A stretch of 64,000 nucleotides of DNA from NCBI GenBank assembly GCA_963801355.1, contig CAWDEM010000004.1:960001-1024000 (forward strand), given 5' to 3'. This DNA comes from Ignavibacteriota bacterium (GTDB lineage Bacteria; Bacteroidota; Ignavibacteria; UBA10030; UBA6906). The notes below the pieces were generated by a model. It was not told the DNA's origin, made no database searches, and saw nothing but the letters and a program-made list of their open reading frames with translations. Positions 10,333-20,477 of this stretch are shown here, in pieces; the first letter of the stretch is position 1; each line of letters opens with the position of its first letter. A program made the translations under genes and the position numbers.

Positions 10333-10955
10333 TGGTGCCGGGCCCGGGCATCCGGCCACGCACGGAACTCACGCCACAGCTTCTTCTCCGGGCTTATGCA
10401 GATGGTTTTTTCCCCATGGCCGAGGGTCGGAACGGGCCGATTGCGTGGTACTCGCCGGATCCGCGCGCCATCTTTCCTCTTGAAAGCTTCAAGGTCTCCC
10501 GAAGTCTCCGCCGGATCGAACGCCGGAAGCAGTTCGAGGTCCGTGTCAATACCGCATTCGCCGATGTCATGTTGCACTGTGCAGCCCGCGAGGATACCTG
10601 GATTTCCGGGGAGATTATCGCGGTCTATGGCCGCCTTTTCGAGATGGGATTTGCCCATTCAGTGGAGACCTGGTCCTCCAGCCGGCTGGTCGGAGGCCTC
10701 TACGGTGTCGCCATAGGGGGTGCTTTTTTTGGCGAATCCATGTTCAGTCATGTGTCAAATGCTTCAAAAATCGCTCTCTGGTATCTCGTGCGCCGGCTCC
10801 GGGAACGTGGTTTCCTGCTGCTGGATACCCAATTCCTGACCCCCCACCTTGCCCGTCTCGGCGCGAGTGATATTCCGCGGGATGCGTATCTGGTCCGGCT
10901 CCGGACGGCACTGCGCGTCGATACCAGCTTCACATCACCACCGCCAGGAATGTGA
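10332..10955 (+). CDS. aat: Leucyl/phenylalanyl-tRNA--protein transferase
   Basis: AYADGFFPM, WYSPDPRA, AHSVETW, FFGESMF, NASKIAL. Confidence 0.95.
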   Translation: MVPGPGIRPRTELTPQLLLRAYADGFFPMAEGRNGPIAWYSPDPRAIFPLESFKVSRSLRRIERRKQFEVRVNTAFADVMLHCAAREDTWISGEIIAVYGRLFEMGFAHSVETWSSSRLVGGLYGVAIGGAFFGESMFSHVSNASKIALWYLVRRLRERGFLLLDTQFLTPHLARLGASDIPRDAYLVRLRTALRVDTSFTSPPPGM

Positions 10956-11072
10956 TCTACATCACGGCGTCGCGCAGGAGGCAAAAGAGAGTGTTGCGTT
11001 GTCCGGGTTTTGTCCCTATATTGAAACAGGCGAATGCAACGGAGCAGCGATTTTCATGAGGAGTGTACGTCA

Positions 11073-11474
11073 ATGCCATTAGCGCGCGAACCACACCGGA
11101 CTGAACGGGTAACGCTCACTCTCGTCCCCCGTACCGATGACCGCAGCTTGTTGAACATCCCTTCAACGTTCAACCAGATCGATCGGACGTATTCCTGGCG
11201 CACCACCGGCACGCTGAACTATATGCTGGTTCCGACCAAGATCTCGAGCTCCGAAATAAAGGTCGACCTCTTTCTTGATCCGCTGAAGAAAGGAAAGCTC
11301 CAGGCCCGCAACTTGCAGAGGACGGTCCAGGAATTCGTGAACGACAAGATTCAGACGGAATGGCGCGGCTTGAAGCTCGACAACATCAGCCGTCCGAGCA
11401 TGGCGTCACCGCCGTCGCATGCCATCGTTCGCGGCACGATTGAAGAAATTCTCGGAACGAATCTCGACCGATAG
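11073..11474 (+). CDS. Hypothetical protein
   Basis: GAGGAG SD, coding-like composition, directly upstream of purC. Confidence 0.7.
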   Translation: MPLAREPHRTERVTLTLVPRTDDRSLLNIPSTFNQIDRTYSWRTTGTLNYMLVPTKISSSEIKVDLFLDPLKKGKLQARNLQRTVQEFVNDKIQTEWRGLKLDNISRPSMASPPSHAIVRGTIEEILGTNLDR

Positions 11475-11488
11475 TCACATCTGCGTCC

Positions 11489-12385
11489 ATGCCCCTTCAT
11501 GTCATCAGCACTACCGCCGTTGACGGGTTCACCCCCTGGAAAAAGGGGAAGGTGCGGGATATCTACGACCTGGGTGACCGGCTGCTCATCGTCGCAACAG
11601 ATCGCCTCTCGGCGTTTGATGTCGTCCTCCCCGACGGGATCCCCGACAAGGGCAAAGTGCTCACGCAGGTCTCCGCATTCTGGTTCCAGCGTCTTGGCCA
11701 TATCGTCGGACATCATCTTCTCAGTACAGCAAGTGACACGTTTCCCGAGCCGTTCTGTTCCCGGCCCGACCTGTTTGCGGGCCGGAGCATGCTTGTGAAG
11801 AAGACCGCTCCGCTCAGCGTCGAGTGTGTCGTGCGCGGGTACGTCACCGGTTCCGGATGGATTGACTACAAGCGCGAGGGAGCAATTTGCGGCATCACAC
11901 TCCCGCCCGGGTTGCAGGAATCGCAGCGTCTGCCCGAGCCGCTCTTCACCCCCACAACCAAAGCCGAAGTCGGACTGCATGACGAGAATATTACATTCTC
12001 GCAGGTCGAGGATATTGTCGGCGCTTCGCTTGCCGCGCAATTGCGGGATCTTTCGATCCGGCTCTATCTTGAGGGAGCATCGTACGCGGAGACCCGGGGC
12101 ATACTGATCGCGGATACGAAATTTGAATTCGGCCTGGACGACAACGGCGGTCTGCTATGGATCGATGAAGCGCTGACGCCGGATTCATCCCGGTTCTGGC
12201 CTCTGGATTCCTACCGTTGTGGGGCGTCACAACCCAGCTTCGACAAGCAGTTTGTCCGGGATTATTTGTTGTCGCTGCACTGGGATAAGCGTCCGCCGGG
12301 TCCTCCGCTGCCCGAGGACGTCATTGCTACCACCGCACAGAAATACCGCGAGGCGCTCCGCCTTCTTACGGGCATCTCCCTGTAA
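11489..12385 (+). CDS. purC: SAICAR synthase
   Basis: GKVRDIY, TDRLSAFD, ADTKFEFG, DEALTPDSSRFW, DKQFVRD. Confidence 0.97.
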   Translation: MPLHVISTTAVDGFTPWKKGKVRDIYDLGDRLLIVATDRLSAFDVVLPDGIPDKGKVLTQVSAFWFQRLGHIVGHHLLSTASDTFPEPFCSRPDLFAGRSMLVKKTAPLSVECVVRGYVTGSGWIDYKREGAICGITLPPGLQESQRLPEPLFTPTTKAEVGLHDENITFSQVEDIVGASLAAQLRDLSIRLYLEGASYAETRGILIADTKFEFGLDDNGGLLWIDEALTPDSSRFWPLDSYRCGASQPSFDKQFVRDYLLSLHWDKRPPGPPLPEDVIATTAQKYREALRLLTGISL

Positions 12386-12506
12386 CACCCACCCCCTGTC
12401 CGCTTAAAGTATCTCTTAAGATTGCTCTTGCATTTAGTTGTTAAATTAGCTAATTAGGGGCGGATTACACCCCCCCTGTTCACAAACGAGGCATCTGCTG
12501 ATCCCC

Positions 12507-14939
12507 ATGTCGAACCAGCTTCGTTACGAGAGCATTCTCGAAAGCATTAGCGGCGGGTTCTTTGCAATGGACTCCCGGTACATCATCACGTACTGGAATC
12601 GCGCGGCAGAGGTCGGAACCCAGTTGAAGGCCGAGGAAGTCCTCGGTCAGAATGTATTCGATGTCTTTCCGAATGCGCGCGGGGCCCTGCTCGGCGAGAA
12701 ATACCGCCAGGCGATGGAGACCCGCACCTATCAGAGTTTCGAAACCGCCTACCGCGATGAACGTTTCGAGCGGTGGTATGACGTCCGGATTTATCCCGCG
12801 GAAGACGGGCTCTCCGTTTTTCTGCAGGACGTGACCGAACGGAAACGAGACCAGAAGCGCAAGGAATTTCTCGTCGAGATTTCACGGGCGGTCAACGGTG
12901 CCCAGTATCTCGACGATTTGTGCCAGCGTTCGGCCACGGTCATCGCCGATGCGTTTGAGATCCCGCCGCACCTCGTGTGCGTCTATCTCTACGATCCACG
13001 CGGAAACGAAGTGCGGCTGGTTGCCCCGACCCTGCTCGGCGTCGACGTGCCCGCACACATCGCCCACCAGCGGGTCTGTGCCGATGCACCGCATGTCGCG
13101 GCGAGAACGGCGTTCACGCGTGAACCCATCCTCACGGAACACATCGACACCGGGACCGTCGGACACCTGCCCGGCGCATCGGTGCACGGCCTGCCGCTCC
13201 GTACACTGATTGCCATGCCGCTCATCGTCCAGAGTGAGCTGCAGGGCGTGATCGAAGTGCTGACGATTAAAGAGTTCGCATACGCCCAGGAAGAGATGGA
13301 GATTCTCGACATCGCTTCGAAGGATATTGCGCTGGCGATGAGTCGCAAACGGCTCATTGACGAGCTGCGGATGAAGAACCTGGAGCTTGAAGCACAAACG
13401 GAGCGCACGCTGGAAGCAAGCGACACGCTCAAGAAGTTTCTTGCCATGTTCAGTCATGAGTTGCGCTCGCCGTTGAATTCCATTATCGGGTTCTCGGAGC
13501 TCCTGTCCGGCACGATGGATGATCTCGGGGCCGAAAAGACCCGGGAGTTCATGAAGAACATCAATATGAGCGGGCGGCACCTGCAACACATTCTGAACGA
13601 CATCCTTGATCTCTCAAAGATAGAGGCAGGGCAGATGGATCTCCACATCGCCAGCTATCCTGTCAGCTATTTTGAGGAAAGCGTGAATGGCGTACTTGCC
13701 GGTATGCTTGCAGACAAGCAGGTGCGCTTGAAATTCGCGTTTGACAGCGAGATCGATCAGATTGTCGTCGACCAGGTGCGCTTCAAGCAGATCCTGATCA
13801 ATCTGATTTCCAACGCGGTGAAATTCAGTCATCCCGGAGGGACGGTGACGGTCAGCTCGTTACGCGTGGGGAACGACCTCCACTTTGCAGTGAAGGATGA
13901 AGGGACCGGGATTAGAAAAGAAGACCTCCCGACATTATTCAAACCGTTCAAGCAGGCGAAGTCGGACACAGGCCAAAACAAGGGTGGGATTGGACTTGGT
14001 CTGGCGATCTCGAGAAAACTCGTGGAGCTGCACGGTGGGACGATCTGGATAGAGAGTGAGTGGGGGAAGGGGACGACGGTAGCCTTCAAAGTGCCGATGG
14101 TCGTCGATGCCACCTCTGAAAAGATCGTGCAGGCGGGGATGCTGCTGGACGCACTCAAACGTGAAAACTGGCGCAAAGAGGGGGGGGAGAAACCGCTGGC
14201 GCTCGTCGTGGAAGACTCTCCCCCGGCGGCGGAGCTGCTCCGGGTGTACATCGAATCTGCAGGTTACACCGTCGAAATCGCGCGAAACGGCACCGATGCC
14301 GTGGATCTGGCAAAGCGCTTGCACCCCAACGTCATCACCCTTGACCTCTTGCTCCCCGGAAAAGACGGCTGGCAGGTGCTCAATGAGTTGAAACGGCACC
14401 CGCTCTGCAAACAAATTCCGGTCATTATCGTATCCATTATTGATGAGAAGAATCTGGGCTTCAGCCTGGGAGCAGTGGAGTACTTTGTGAAACCGGTGAA
14501 CCGGGATGACCTGGTGCAGGCTCTTGACCGCGTCCATCTGCTTCCCTCGAAGGAAGAAGAGAAGCCGACGGTGCTGGTGATCGATGACGATCGGGCCGCC
14601 ACGGATCTGGTCCAGGTGATTCTGGAGAACGAAGGGTACAGGGTCCTGAAAGCCTTTCACGGGCAGGAAGGTGTGGAGGTTGCGACGCGGGAGCGTCCTG
14701 ATGTGGTCATCCTCGACCTTCTCATGCCGGAAATGTCCGGCGTGGCAGTCGCACATCAGCTGAAACAGATCCCTGCAACACGTGCAATTCCCATTATCGT
14801 CCTGACCTCACTGGACGTGGACGAGACCATGCAGGAAGAACTGGGGAGTGCGGTCTCCGGGCTGGTCAGCAAATCGAGCTTCACGAAGAAGGAACTGCTG
14901 CGCGAGATCACCAACATCGAGAATGCCCGCTGGCCATAA
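12507..14939 (+). CDS. Hybrid histidine kinase PAS-GAF-HisKA-HATPase-REC-REC
   Basis: SHELRSPL H-box, NLISNAVKF, GIGLGL, two receiver domains (TLDLLLP, ILDLLMP). Confidence 0.93.
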   Translation: MSNQLRYESILESISGGFFAMDSRYIITYWNRAAEVGTQLKAEEVLGQNVFDVFPNARGALLGEKYRQAMETRTYQSFETAYRDERFERWYDVRIYPAEDGLSVFLQDVTERKRDQKRKEFLVEISRAVNGAQYLDDLCQRSATVIADAFEIPPHLVCVYLYDPRGNEVRLVAPTLLGVDVPAHIAHQRVCADAPHVAARTAFTREPILTEHIDTGTVGHLPGASVHGLPLRTLIAMPLIVQSELQGVIEVLTIKEFAYAQEEMEILDIASKDIALAMSRKRLIDELRMKNLELEAQTERTLEASDTLKKFLAMFSHELRSPLNSIIGFSELLSGTMDDLGAEKTREFMKNINMSGRHLQHILNDILDLSKIEAGQMDLHIASYPVSYFEESVNGVLAGMLADKQVRLKFAFDSEIDQIVVDQVRFKQILINLISNAVKFSHPGGTVTVSSLRVGNDLHFAVKDEGTGIRKEDLPTLFKPFKQAKSDTGQNKGGIGLGLAISRKLVELHGGTIWIESEWGKGTTVAFKVPMVVDATSEKIVQAGMLLDALKRENWRKEGGEKPLALVVEDSPPAAELLRVYIESAGYTVEIARNGTDAVDLAKRLHPNVITLDLLLPGKDGWQVLNELKRHPLCKQIPVIIVSIIDEKNLGFSLGAVEYFVKPVNRDDLVQALDRVHLLPSKEEEKPTVLVIDDDRAATDLVQVILENEGYRVLKAFHGQEGVEVATRERPDVVILDLLMPEMSGVAVAHQLKQIPATRAIPIIVLTSLDVDETMQEELGSAVSGLVSKSSFTKKELLREITNIENARWP

Positions 14940-14966
14940 GCCGGCCCGGGAACGACGGGGACGACT

Positions 14967-15218
14967 ATGGACACTCCTGAAGCGGTTCCGCCCGCGGCGC
15001 TGGAAGACATGATGAAGGAGATCCGCCAGATCTGCCACGATCTCAGCAATCCCATGGGGATTCTCCGTATGGCGGTCTACTTCCTGCAATCGTCGAATGA
15101 CAATCCGGAGAAGCGGGCGGGGTACTGCACGATGATGAATGAATCCCTCGATAAAATGGAAGTGCATCTGAAACGATTGCGGTCGCTCGCAACGGGTGAC
15201 CGGCAGACAGGGGCATAG
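14967..15218 (+). CDS. Stand-alone HisKA/DHp-like protein
   Basis: 83 aa, predicted helical, H-box ICHDLSNPMGIL, no ATPase domain. Confidence 0.7.
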   Translation: MDTPEAVPPAALEDMMKEIRQICHDLSNPMGILRMAVYFLQSSNDNPEKRAGYCTMMNESLDKMEVHLKRLRSLATGDRQTGA

Positions 15219-15224
15219 CAGAGC

Positions 15225-16670
15225 ATGATACGCGCACTGTGCAGCAGTCTTGTGGCAGTCACCCTTGCACTGACGGTGGGAGGGTGCGGGTCGCAGACGA
15301 AGTGGAGCACTCCCTCCGCGGAAGCGAGACGGGCCTTCGAAGAAGGAGTCGGCCATTTTGAAAAGTTCTATTACGCGGAGGCTGCGGAGTCGTTCAAGCA
15401 GGCAATCGCGGCAGACTCGACGTTTGCCGTCGCCTGGGGGCGGTTGGGGCTCCTGCATATGTATACGATGGATGAAACCGCGGCGCGCCACGACGTGACC
15501 CGTGCCCTGATGCTGAGCTCCCGTGCTACGGAACGCGAACAGCTTCTCATCCGGCTCTGGTACTACCGTGTCATGTACGAAAACGTGCGGGCGGCGGCGG
15601 TGGCTGACTCACTCATCGCTCTGTATCCGAAGGAGGCCGAAGCGTACCTCGTGCGGGGACAGTTGTATACGGGGGAGAAGAATATCGAAGCCGCGGTGAA
15701 GATGTTCGAGCGGGCAGTAGCTGCCGATACCGGATTTGCCCTCGGCGTGATGTCGCTCGGATATGCCTATTCAGATCTGGGCGAACAGGACAAGGCGGTG
15801 AGCTATATGCAGCGGTATATTCGCATGGCGCCGGATGCCGCCGATCCGCGTGCGAGCTATGCTGACATCCTCCTGCGCGCCGGGCGGTACGACGAAGCGC
15901 TCGAACAATACCGCGCGTCGCTCGAGCACAAGCCGGACTACTGGTACTCCGTTCGCCAGATCGGCGGAGTGTACGCCTTGCACGGCCGCCTGGCAGACGC
16001 CCGGAAGGAATTTGACCGCTCACTCACCATGGTGCCGGGGGGATCCACGACCGAAGCCCTGCGTCTGCGTTTGTATGCCTATCTGGATATGCAGCGGGGC
16101 GCCTACGAAGAGGCGGTGAGCAAAAGCAGAGAAGCTGTTGCGATCGACTCATCCCTGCTCGGCAGCGCATTGCAGTTGTCATATGCGCTGGCGAAGCTGA
16201 AACGGTTTGCGGAAGCCGAGGAATGCATCCGGCAGTCGCTGGAGGAATTGGAGCGGAAACATCAAACCGATTCCCCCACGATGCAGGGGTACCACATCAT
16301 GCGGGCGCGCGTCTATACCGAAGAAGGCCGGTATGAAGAAGCGCTGCGCGCATGCAAATCGGCGCTGGAATACTCCTCGCCGCAAATGCGGGGTGCGGTC
16401 TACACCCAGATCGCACGCACATATCTTGCAGCCCGTCAGTATGAGCCATCGCTCGATGCGGTGGAAGGTGCACTGGGGGTGAACCCCAATGCGCCGGAAG
16501 CCCTGCTCATTCTGACAAAAGTGTACAACGAGCTGGGTGACCGGCGCATGGTGATCGAGGTGGGAGACCGCTTGAGGACGCTCTGGAAAGACGCTGATCC
16601 GGATTTCCTGCCGTTACGAGAACTTCACCAACTGCTCGGCAGTCGAAGGACACCGCGAACCGGTACCTAG
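15225..16670 (+). CDS. TPR-repeat lipoprotein
   Basis: Lipobox VGGC and multiple TPR-like repeats. Confidence 0.85.
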   Translation: MIRALCSSLVAVTLALTVGGCGSQTKWSTPSAEARRAFEEGVGHFEKFYYAEAAESFKQAIAADSTFAVAWGRLGLLHMYTMDETAARHDVTRALMLSSRATEREQLLIRLWYYRVMYENVRAAAVADSLIALYPKEAEAYLVRGQLYTGEKNIEAAVKMFERAVAADTGFALGVMSLGYAYSDLGEQDKAVSYMQRYIRMAPDAADPRASYADILLRAGRYDEALEQYRASLEHKPDYWYSVRQIGGVYALHGRLADARKEFDRSLTMVPGGSTTEALRLRLYAYLDMQRGAYEEAVSKSREAVAIDSSLLGSALQLSYALAKLKRFAEAEECIRQSLEELERKHQTDSPTMQGYHIMRARVYTEEGRYEEALRACKSALEYSSPQMRGAVYTQIARTYLAARQYEPSLDAVEGALGVNPNAPEALLILTKVYNELGDRRMVIEVGDRLRTLWKDADPDFLPLRELHQLLGSRRTPRTGT

Positions 16671-16990
16671 CTCTGGAATCCGAGACGTTTGCGGGCGGTT
16701 GCCGACATCCGCTCGGGTGTCCATGCCGGCTCCCAGACGATCCGCACATCGGCTTCTCTGACCCCCTCGAGAGCGAGCACACGGTTTCTGACGCTCTGGG
16801 CAATCATTCCGCTCATGCCACATCCCGGCGTCGTGAGGGTCATCTTCACCCCCACCCAGTCATCAATTATCTTCACATCGTAGATGAGCCCGAGGTCAAC
16901 GACATTGACCGGAATTTCCGGGTCATAGCAGTCGCGCAATGCACCGTAGACTTGCTCCTCAGTGATGGCGGCGGTTTTCTGATCGTTCAC
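16667..16990 (-). CDS. SufT/PaaD-like (DUF59) Fe-S assembly factor
   Basis: DPEIPVNVVDLGLIY, MTLTTPGC, WEPAW. Confidence 0.9.
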   Translation of the reverse strand: MNDQKTAAITEEQVYGALRDCYDPEIPVNVVDLGLIYDVKIIDDWVGVKMTLTTPGCGMSGMIAQSVRNRVLALEGVREADVRIVWEPAWTPERMSATARKRLGFQS

Positions 16991-17207
16991 GGTATCCCTC
17001 CTGATTGTCTGTAATCTTATGATACGGTTCGGCGATGGTCTTTTCAAGTGACCCATCCTGTCCTCCCTGCCGGGGCGATGCGCCGCATGCGCAGGATCCG
17101 CCGCACGGCGTGGTTATGTCCCGGTGAAGCGACCGTACCTTCCATCGGGCCAGAAGGACGGCAACCCCGGCAACTATGGCCAGGGCACACAGTGTCTGCC
17201 AGTCCAT
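16959..17207 (-). CDS. FeoB-associated Cys-rich small membrane protein
   Basis: MDWQTL, TM helix, CGGSCAC; directly after feoB. Confidence 0.65.
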   Translation of the reverse strand: MDWQTLCALAIVAGVAVLLARWKVRSLHRDITTPCGGSCACGASPRQGGQDGSLEKTIAEPYHKITDNQEGYRERSENRRHH

Positions 17208-17208
17208 C

Positions 17209-19314
17209 TCAGGTTCCTCCGAGAAAGTGTACGCCATGGTAGACGGCGAAGGACAGACCATAGGCAAGGGCGGTCATGTAGAACAGTTGAAAGGCCGGCC
17301 ATTTCCAGCTGTTGGTCTCCCGCCGCACGACCGCCACAGTGGAGAGGCACTGCAGCGCAACCAGATAGTATGCGAGAAGAGCCAGCGTTGTTGCAAGGCT
17401 GAAGGTCGGGAGCCCCGTCTGCGGATTCATATCGTTCTGCATGGCGTGGCTCAATGCCGCAACCTGCGGACGATTGTCGTCGTCGGCTATGTGGTAAATA
17501 GTGGCCATGGCGCTGACGAATGCTTCGCGTTGCATCAGCGATGAAATCAACCCGATGCCGATTTTCCAATCGAAGCCCAGCGGACGAATCACCGGTTCGA
17601 TTGCGTGCCCCATCTGTCCGGCGTAGCTCTGCTCGAGCCGTTGTGCGGGTGTCGCGTGGTCGGACTTTGGATACGTCGCGAGGAACCAGAGGAGAATCGA
17701 AACGCCGAGTATGATCGTGCCGGCTGTTTTCAGGAATGCGAGGACCCGTTCCCATACAAGGAAAAGAACCGTCCTCAACGATGGGAGTTTGTAAGGCGGA
17801 AGCTCCATGATGAACAACGGGGGCACGCCGCGCAACAGGGTCTTCTTGAACAGCCATGCCATCGCGAGTGCCAATACCATGCCGGCCACATACAGGAAGA
17901 GAAGGGTGAGCCCCTGAGAGGAGACAATGCCGAGGAAGACCGCAGGGGGGATGCACGCCGCAATCAGCAGCGAATAGACAGGCAGACGGGCGCTGCAGCT
18001 GATCAAGGGAGCTACAAGGATGGTGGCGAGCCGGTCTTTGGGATTCTCGATTGTGCGGGTCGCCATGATGCCGGGAATGGCGCATGCAAACGACCCGAGA
18101 AGGGGAATGAACGACTTGCCGTGCAATCCTACCTTGGACATCAGTTTGTCCATGATGAATGCGGCCCGCGCCATATAGCCGCTGTCTTCCAGGAGACCGA
18201 GGAAGAAAAAGAGAAATGCAATCTGCGGCAGGAATGTGACAACACCGGCGACACCTGCGAGCGCGCCATCCACGATCAGACTGCGGAGATCTCCCGGCGG
18301 CATGACAGATGTTATGAGACGTCCCAGCGCGTCGAAGCCGCTGCCGATCCACGCCATCGGCAGAGCCGCCCAGCTGAAAATGCTCTGGAACACCACCGCC
18401 ATGACGCCGAGGAACAGAAGGAGTCCCCACACACGGTGCGTCACAATCCTGTCGATGCGGTCCGTCAGCGAATGGTCCGCGCGGCCCGGGGTGTGCATGA
18501 CCGCCGTGCACAGGTTGCGGATCCACGCGTAGCGGGTTTCGATGAAGGCTGCAGGCGGATCGATACCGAGAAACGTGAGACGCTCCCGGGTCGTGCGCAG
18601 GTATTCCCGCAGGCGTTCGCCGCTCCGGTCATCGCGCCCGGCGATTGCCCCGGGGGCAAGAAGAAGGGCAGTGGCTTCGTGTGAAGCAGCCGGCAACGTC
18701 ATTCCGGAATCGGTGCGCAGCATTTCGGCGAGCTGTTCATGCGCGCGCTGCAGCGGCTCGGGCAATGCCCAGCGCAGCACGTTGCCGTTGGAGCGGGGGA
18801 CGGTCAGGAGAGCCTCCCGGAGGGCCCCGATCCCTTCCCCTTTGTGCGCTACAGTCTTGACCACCGGAACACCCAGAGCTTCGGACAGAAGGCGGGTGTC
18901 GATGCGCATCATCCGCGCTTCGGCGAGGTCGCACATGGTGAGCACCACGACCACAGGGAGATGACAATCCATTACCTGCGTGACGAGATACAGATTGCGC
19001 TCGAGATTCGTTGCGTCCACGACACAGAGCACGACTTCGGGAGGCGGTGATGGTGTCCGGCCAAGGAGAGCGTCGGCCGCTATCCGCTCGTCTGGAGAGT
19101 CGGGGTGCAGACTGTACGTGCCGGGGAGATCCAGAATGGTGATTTCCCTGCCTCCGGGAAGGACACAGCGGCCTTCTCTCCTTTCCACGGTGACACCGGG
19201 GTAGTTTCCGACCTTGTGATGCAAGCCGGTCAACGCGTTGAAGAGAGAGGTCTTTCCGCTATTGGGATTGCCCAGGAGGGCGACCGTGCCGGCCTGCCGA
19301 TTGGATGCGTTCAT
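17209..19314 (-). CDS. feoB: Ferrous iron transporter FeoB
   Basis: GNPNSGKT, GNYPGVTVE, DLPGTYSL, DATNLERNLYL and membrane gate domains. Confidence 0.97.
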   Translation of the reverse strand: MNASNRQAGTVALLGNPNSGKTSLFNALTGLHHKVGNYPGVTVERREGRCVLPGGREITILDLPGTYSLHPDSPDERIAADALLGRTPSPPPEVVLCVVDATNLERNLYLVTQVMDCHLPVVVVLTMCDLAEARMMRIDTRLLSEALGVPVVKTVAHKGEGIGALREALLTVPRSNGNVLRWALPEPLQRAHEQLAEMLRTDSGMTLPAASHEATALLLAPGAIAGRDDRSGERLREYLRTTRERLTFLGIDPPAAFIETRYAWIRNLCTAVMHTPGRADHSLTDRIDRIVTHRVWGLLLFLGVMAVVFQSIFSWAALPMAWIGSGFDALGRLITSVMPPGDLRSLIVDGALAGVAGVVTFLPQIAFLFFFLGLLEDSGYMARAAFIMDKLMSKVGLHGKSFIPLLGSFACAIPGIMATRTIENPKDRLATILVAPLISCSARLPVYSLLIAACIPPAVFLGIVSSQGLTLLFLYVAGMVLALAMAWLFKKTLLRGVPPLFIMELPPYKLPSLRTVLFLVWERVLAFLKTAGTIILGVSILLWFLATYPKSDHATPAQRLEQSYAGQMGHAIEPVIRPLGFDWKIGIGLISSLMQREAFVSAMATIYHIADDDNRPQVAALSHAMQNDMNPQTGLPTFSLATTLALLAYYLVALQCLSTVAVVRRETNSWKWPAFQLFYMTALAYGLSFAVYHGVHFLGGT

Positions 19315-19318
19315 CCGC

Positions 19319-19564
19319 TCACGTATCCTTTTCGGGAAAGACGAAGATCCCTTGGGCTTCCGTGCAGCGGAGCATGAGCCGGTACCCTTGCATGTTGATC
19401 TCGATCGGATCGCCAAACGGGGCCCGGCGGACAAATTGAAGGTGTGTCCCGCTGGTCACACCCATCTCAAGCAGCCGCTGTCTGGCCCGGACGGAGAGAC
19501 CCCTGAGGGCTGCAACCGTGCCGTGGTCGCCGGGGGAGAGCTTCTCCAACGCAATTTGTTCCAT
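19319..19564 (-). CDS. feoA: Ferrous iron transport protein FeoA
   Basis: RLLEMGVTSG...RAPFGDPIEI. Confidence 0.93.
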   Translation of the reverse strand: MEQIALEKLSPGDHGTVAALRGLSVRARQRLLEMGVTSGTHLQFVRRAPFGDPIEINMQGYRLMLRCTEAQGIFVFPEKDT

Positions 19565-19566
19565 CC

Positions 19567-20034
19567 TCACGTTTTCCTTTCCGTTGACCGCGTCTTGGTG
19601 CATTTCGCGCAGGTACCGAATATTTGCAGACTCGAACTGTGCGGTGTGAAGTCTTTGGAGGTACAGACCTCTTCCTGTAATTTGTTCATGCGTTCATTCA
19701 TGAACTCGAGGATATCGCCGCATTGCAGGCATATGAGGTGATGATGGTGTGGTCTGCCAAAAGCTTTTTCGTACCGTGACGAGTGTTCTGCGAAGCGGTA
19801 CTTCGAAATCAGACCACATCCCTGAAGGAGGTCGAGAGTGTTGTAGACGGTGGCTTTCGAAATCCTCGTGCCATGTGAGATCAGCCGGTAATAAAGCCCC
19901 TCAGCGTCGAAGTGCCCCTGGGTCTGGACGATGGCATCCAGCACCGCCATCCGGGCCGGCGTCGACCTCAATTTCCCCTGGGATTTCAGGTACTTTTGCA
20001 GGATTTCTTGTGCTGCTTCGCTGTTCATCGGCAT
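19567..20034 (-). CDS. fur: Fur-family transcriptional regulator
   Basis: HFDAE, ISKATVYNTL, HHHHLICLQCG, CAKC. Confidence 0.9.
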   Translation of the reverse strand: MPMNSEAAQEILQKYLKSQGKLRSTPARMAVLDAIVQTQGHFDAEGLYYRLISHGTRISKATVYNTLDLLQGCGLISKYRFAEHSSRYEKAFGRPHHHHLICLQCGDILEFMNERMNKLQEEVCTSKDFTPHSSSLQIFGTCAKCTKTRSTERKT

Positions 20035-20042
20035 CTCACTTG

Positions 20043-20059
20043 TTTAGAATTGGTCTAAA
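20043..20059. promoter_or_regulatory. Palindromic Fur-type operator
   Basis: TTTAGA-ATTGG-TCTAAA inverted repeat between the fur promoter and its start codon. Confidence 0.7.
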
Positions 20060-20061
20060 TA

Positions 20062-20090
20062 AAAATAGTGAATACTTGCCCACAAGTCAA
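20062..20090 (-). promoter_or_regulatory. Sigma70-type promoter of fur-feoAB
   Basis: Minus strand TTGACT-N17-TATTTT. Confidence 0.6.
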
Positions 20091-20218
20091 GAGTTTTTTC
20101 TTGCGTTTTTTGGTCATTTTTACGATTTTTGAACAAGGCATTTGTATCCGTCCCTTCACTTAAAGTCTGAAAGAAAGCGGCTAAAGACCTATCACGTGTA
20201 TTGTCAAGGAGGAATACC

Positions 20219-20428
20219 ATGAATCGTTTGCAGGAATTGCGGGATTTGCTCACGACGTTCGAGAAAGACTTCGTGAAGTTTTATGAGAAAGGGAACAAGT
20301 CAGCCGGCACGCGCGTCCGGAAACATATGAACGAGTTGAAGCGCAAGGCGCAGGATATCCGCAAAGAAGTGCAGGACATCAAAGGGGTGGAAAAGGGTGG
20401 CGAGCAAGCGGCGCCGGATCAGCAGTAG
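20219..20428 (+). CDS. Histone H1-like (Hc1 family) small basic protein
   Basis: KFYEKGNKSAGTRVRK...ELKRKAQDIR motif. Confidence 0.8.
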   Translation: MNRLQELRDLLTTFEKDFVKFYEKGNKSAGTRVRKHMNELKRKAQDIRKEVQDIKGVEKGGEQAAPDQQ

Positions 20429-20445
20429 GGAAGGGGAAGCATAAC

Positions 20446-20477
20446 GCAGAGAACCCACCTTGCGGTGGGTTCTTTGC
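20446..20477. terminator. Hairpin terminator between convergent genes
   Basis: GCAGAGAACCCACC-TTGC-GGTGGGTTCTTTGC. Confidence 0.8.
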
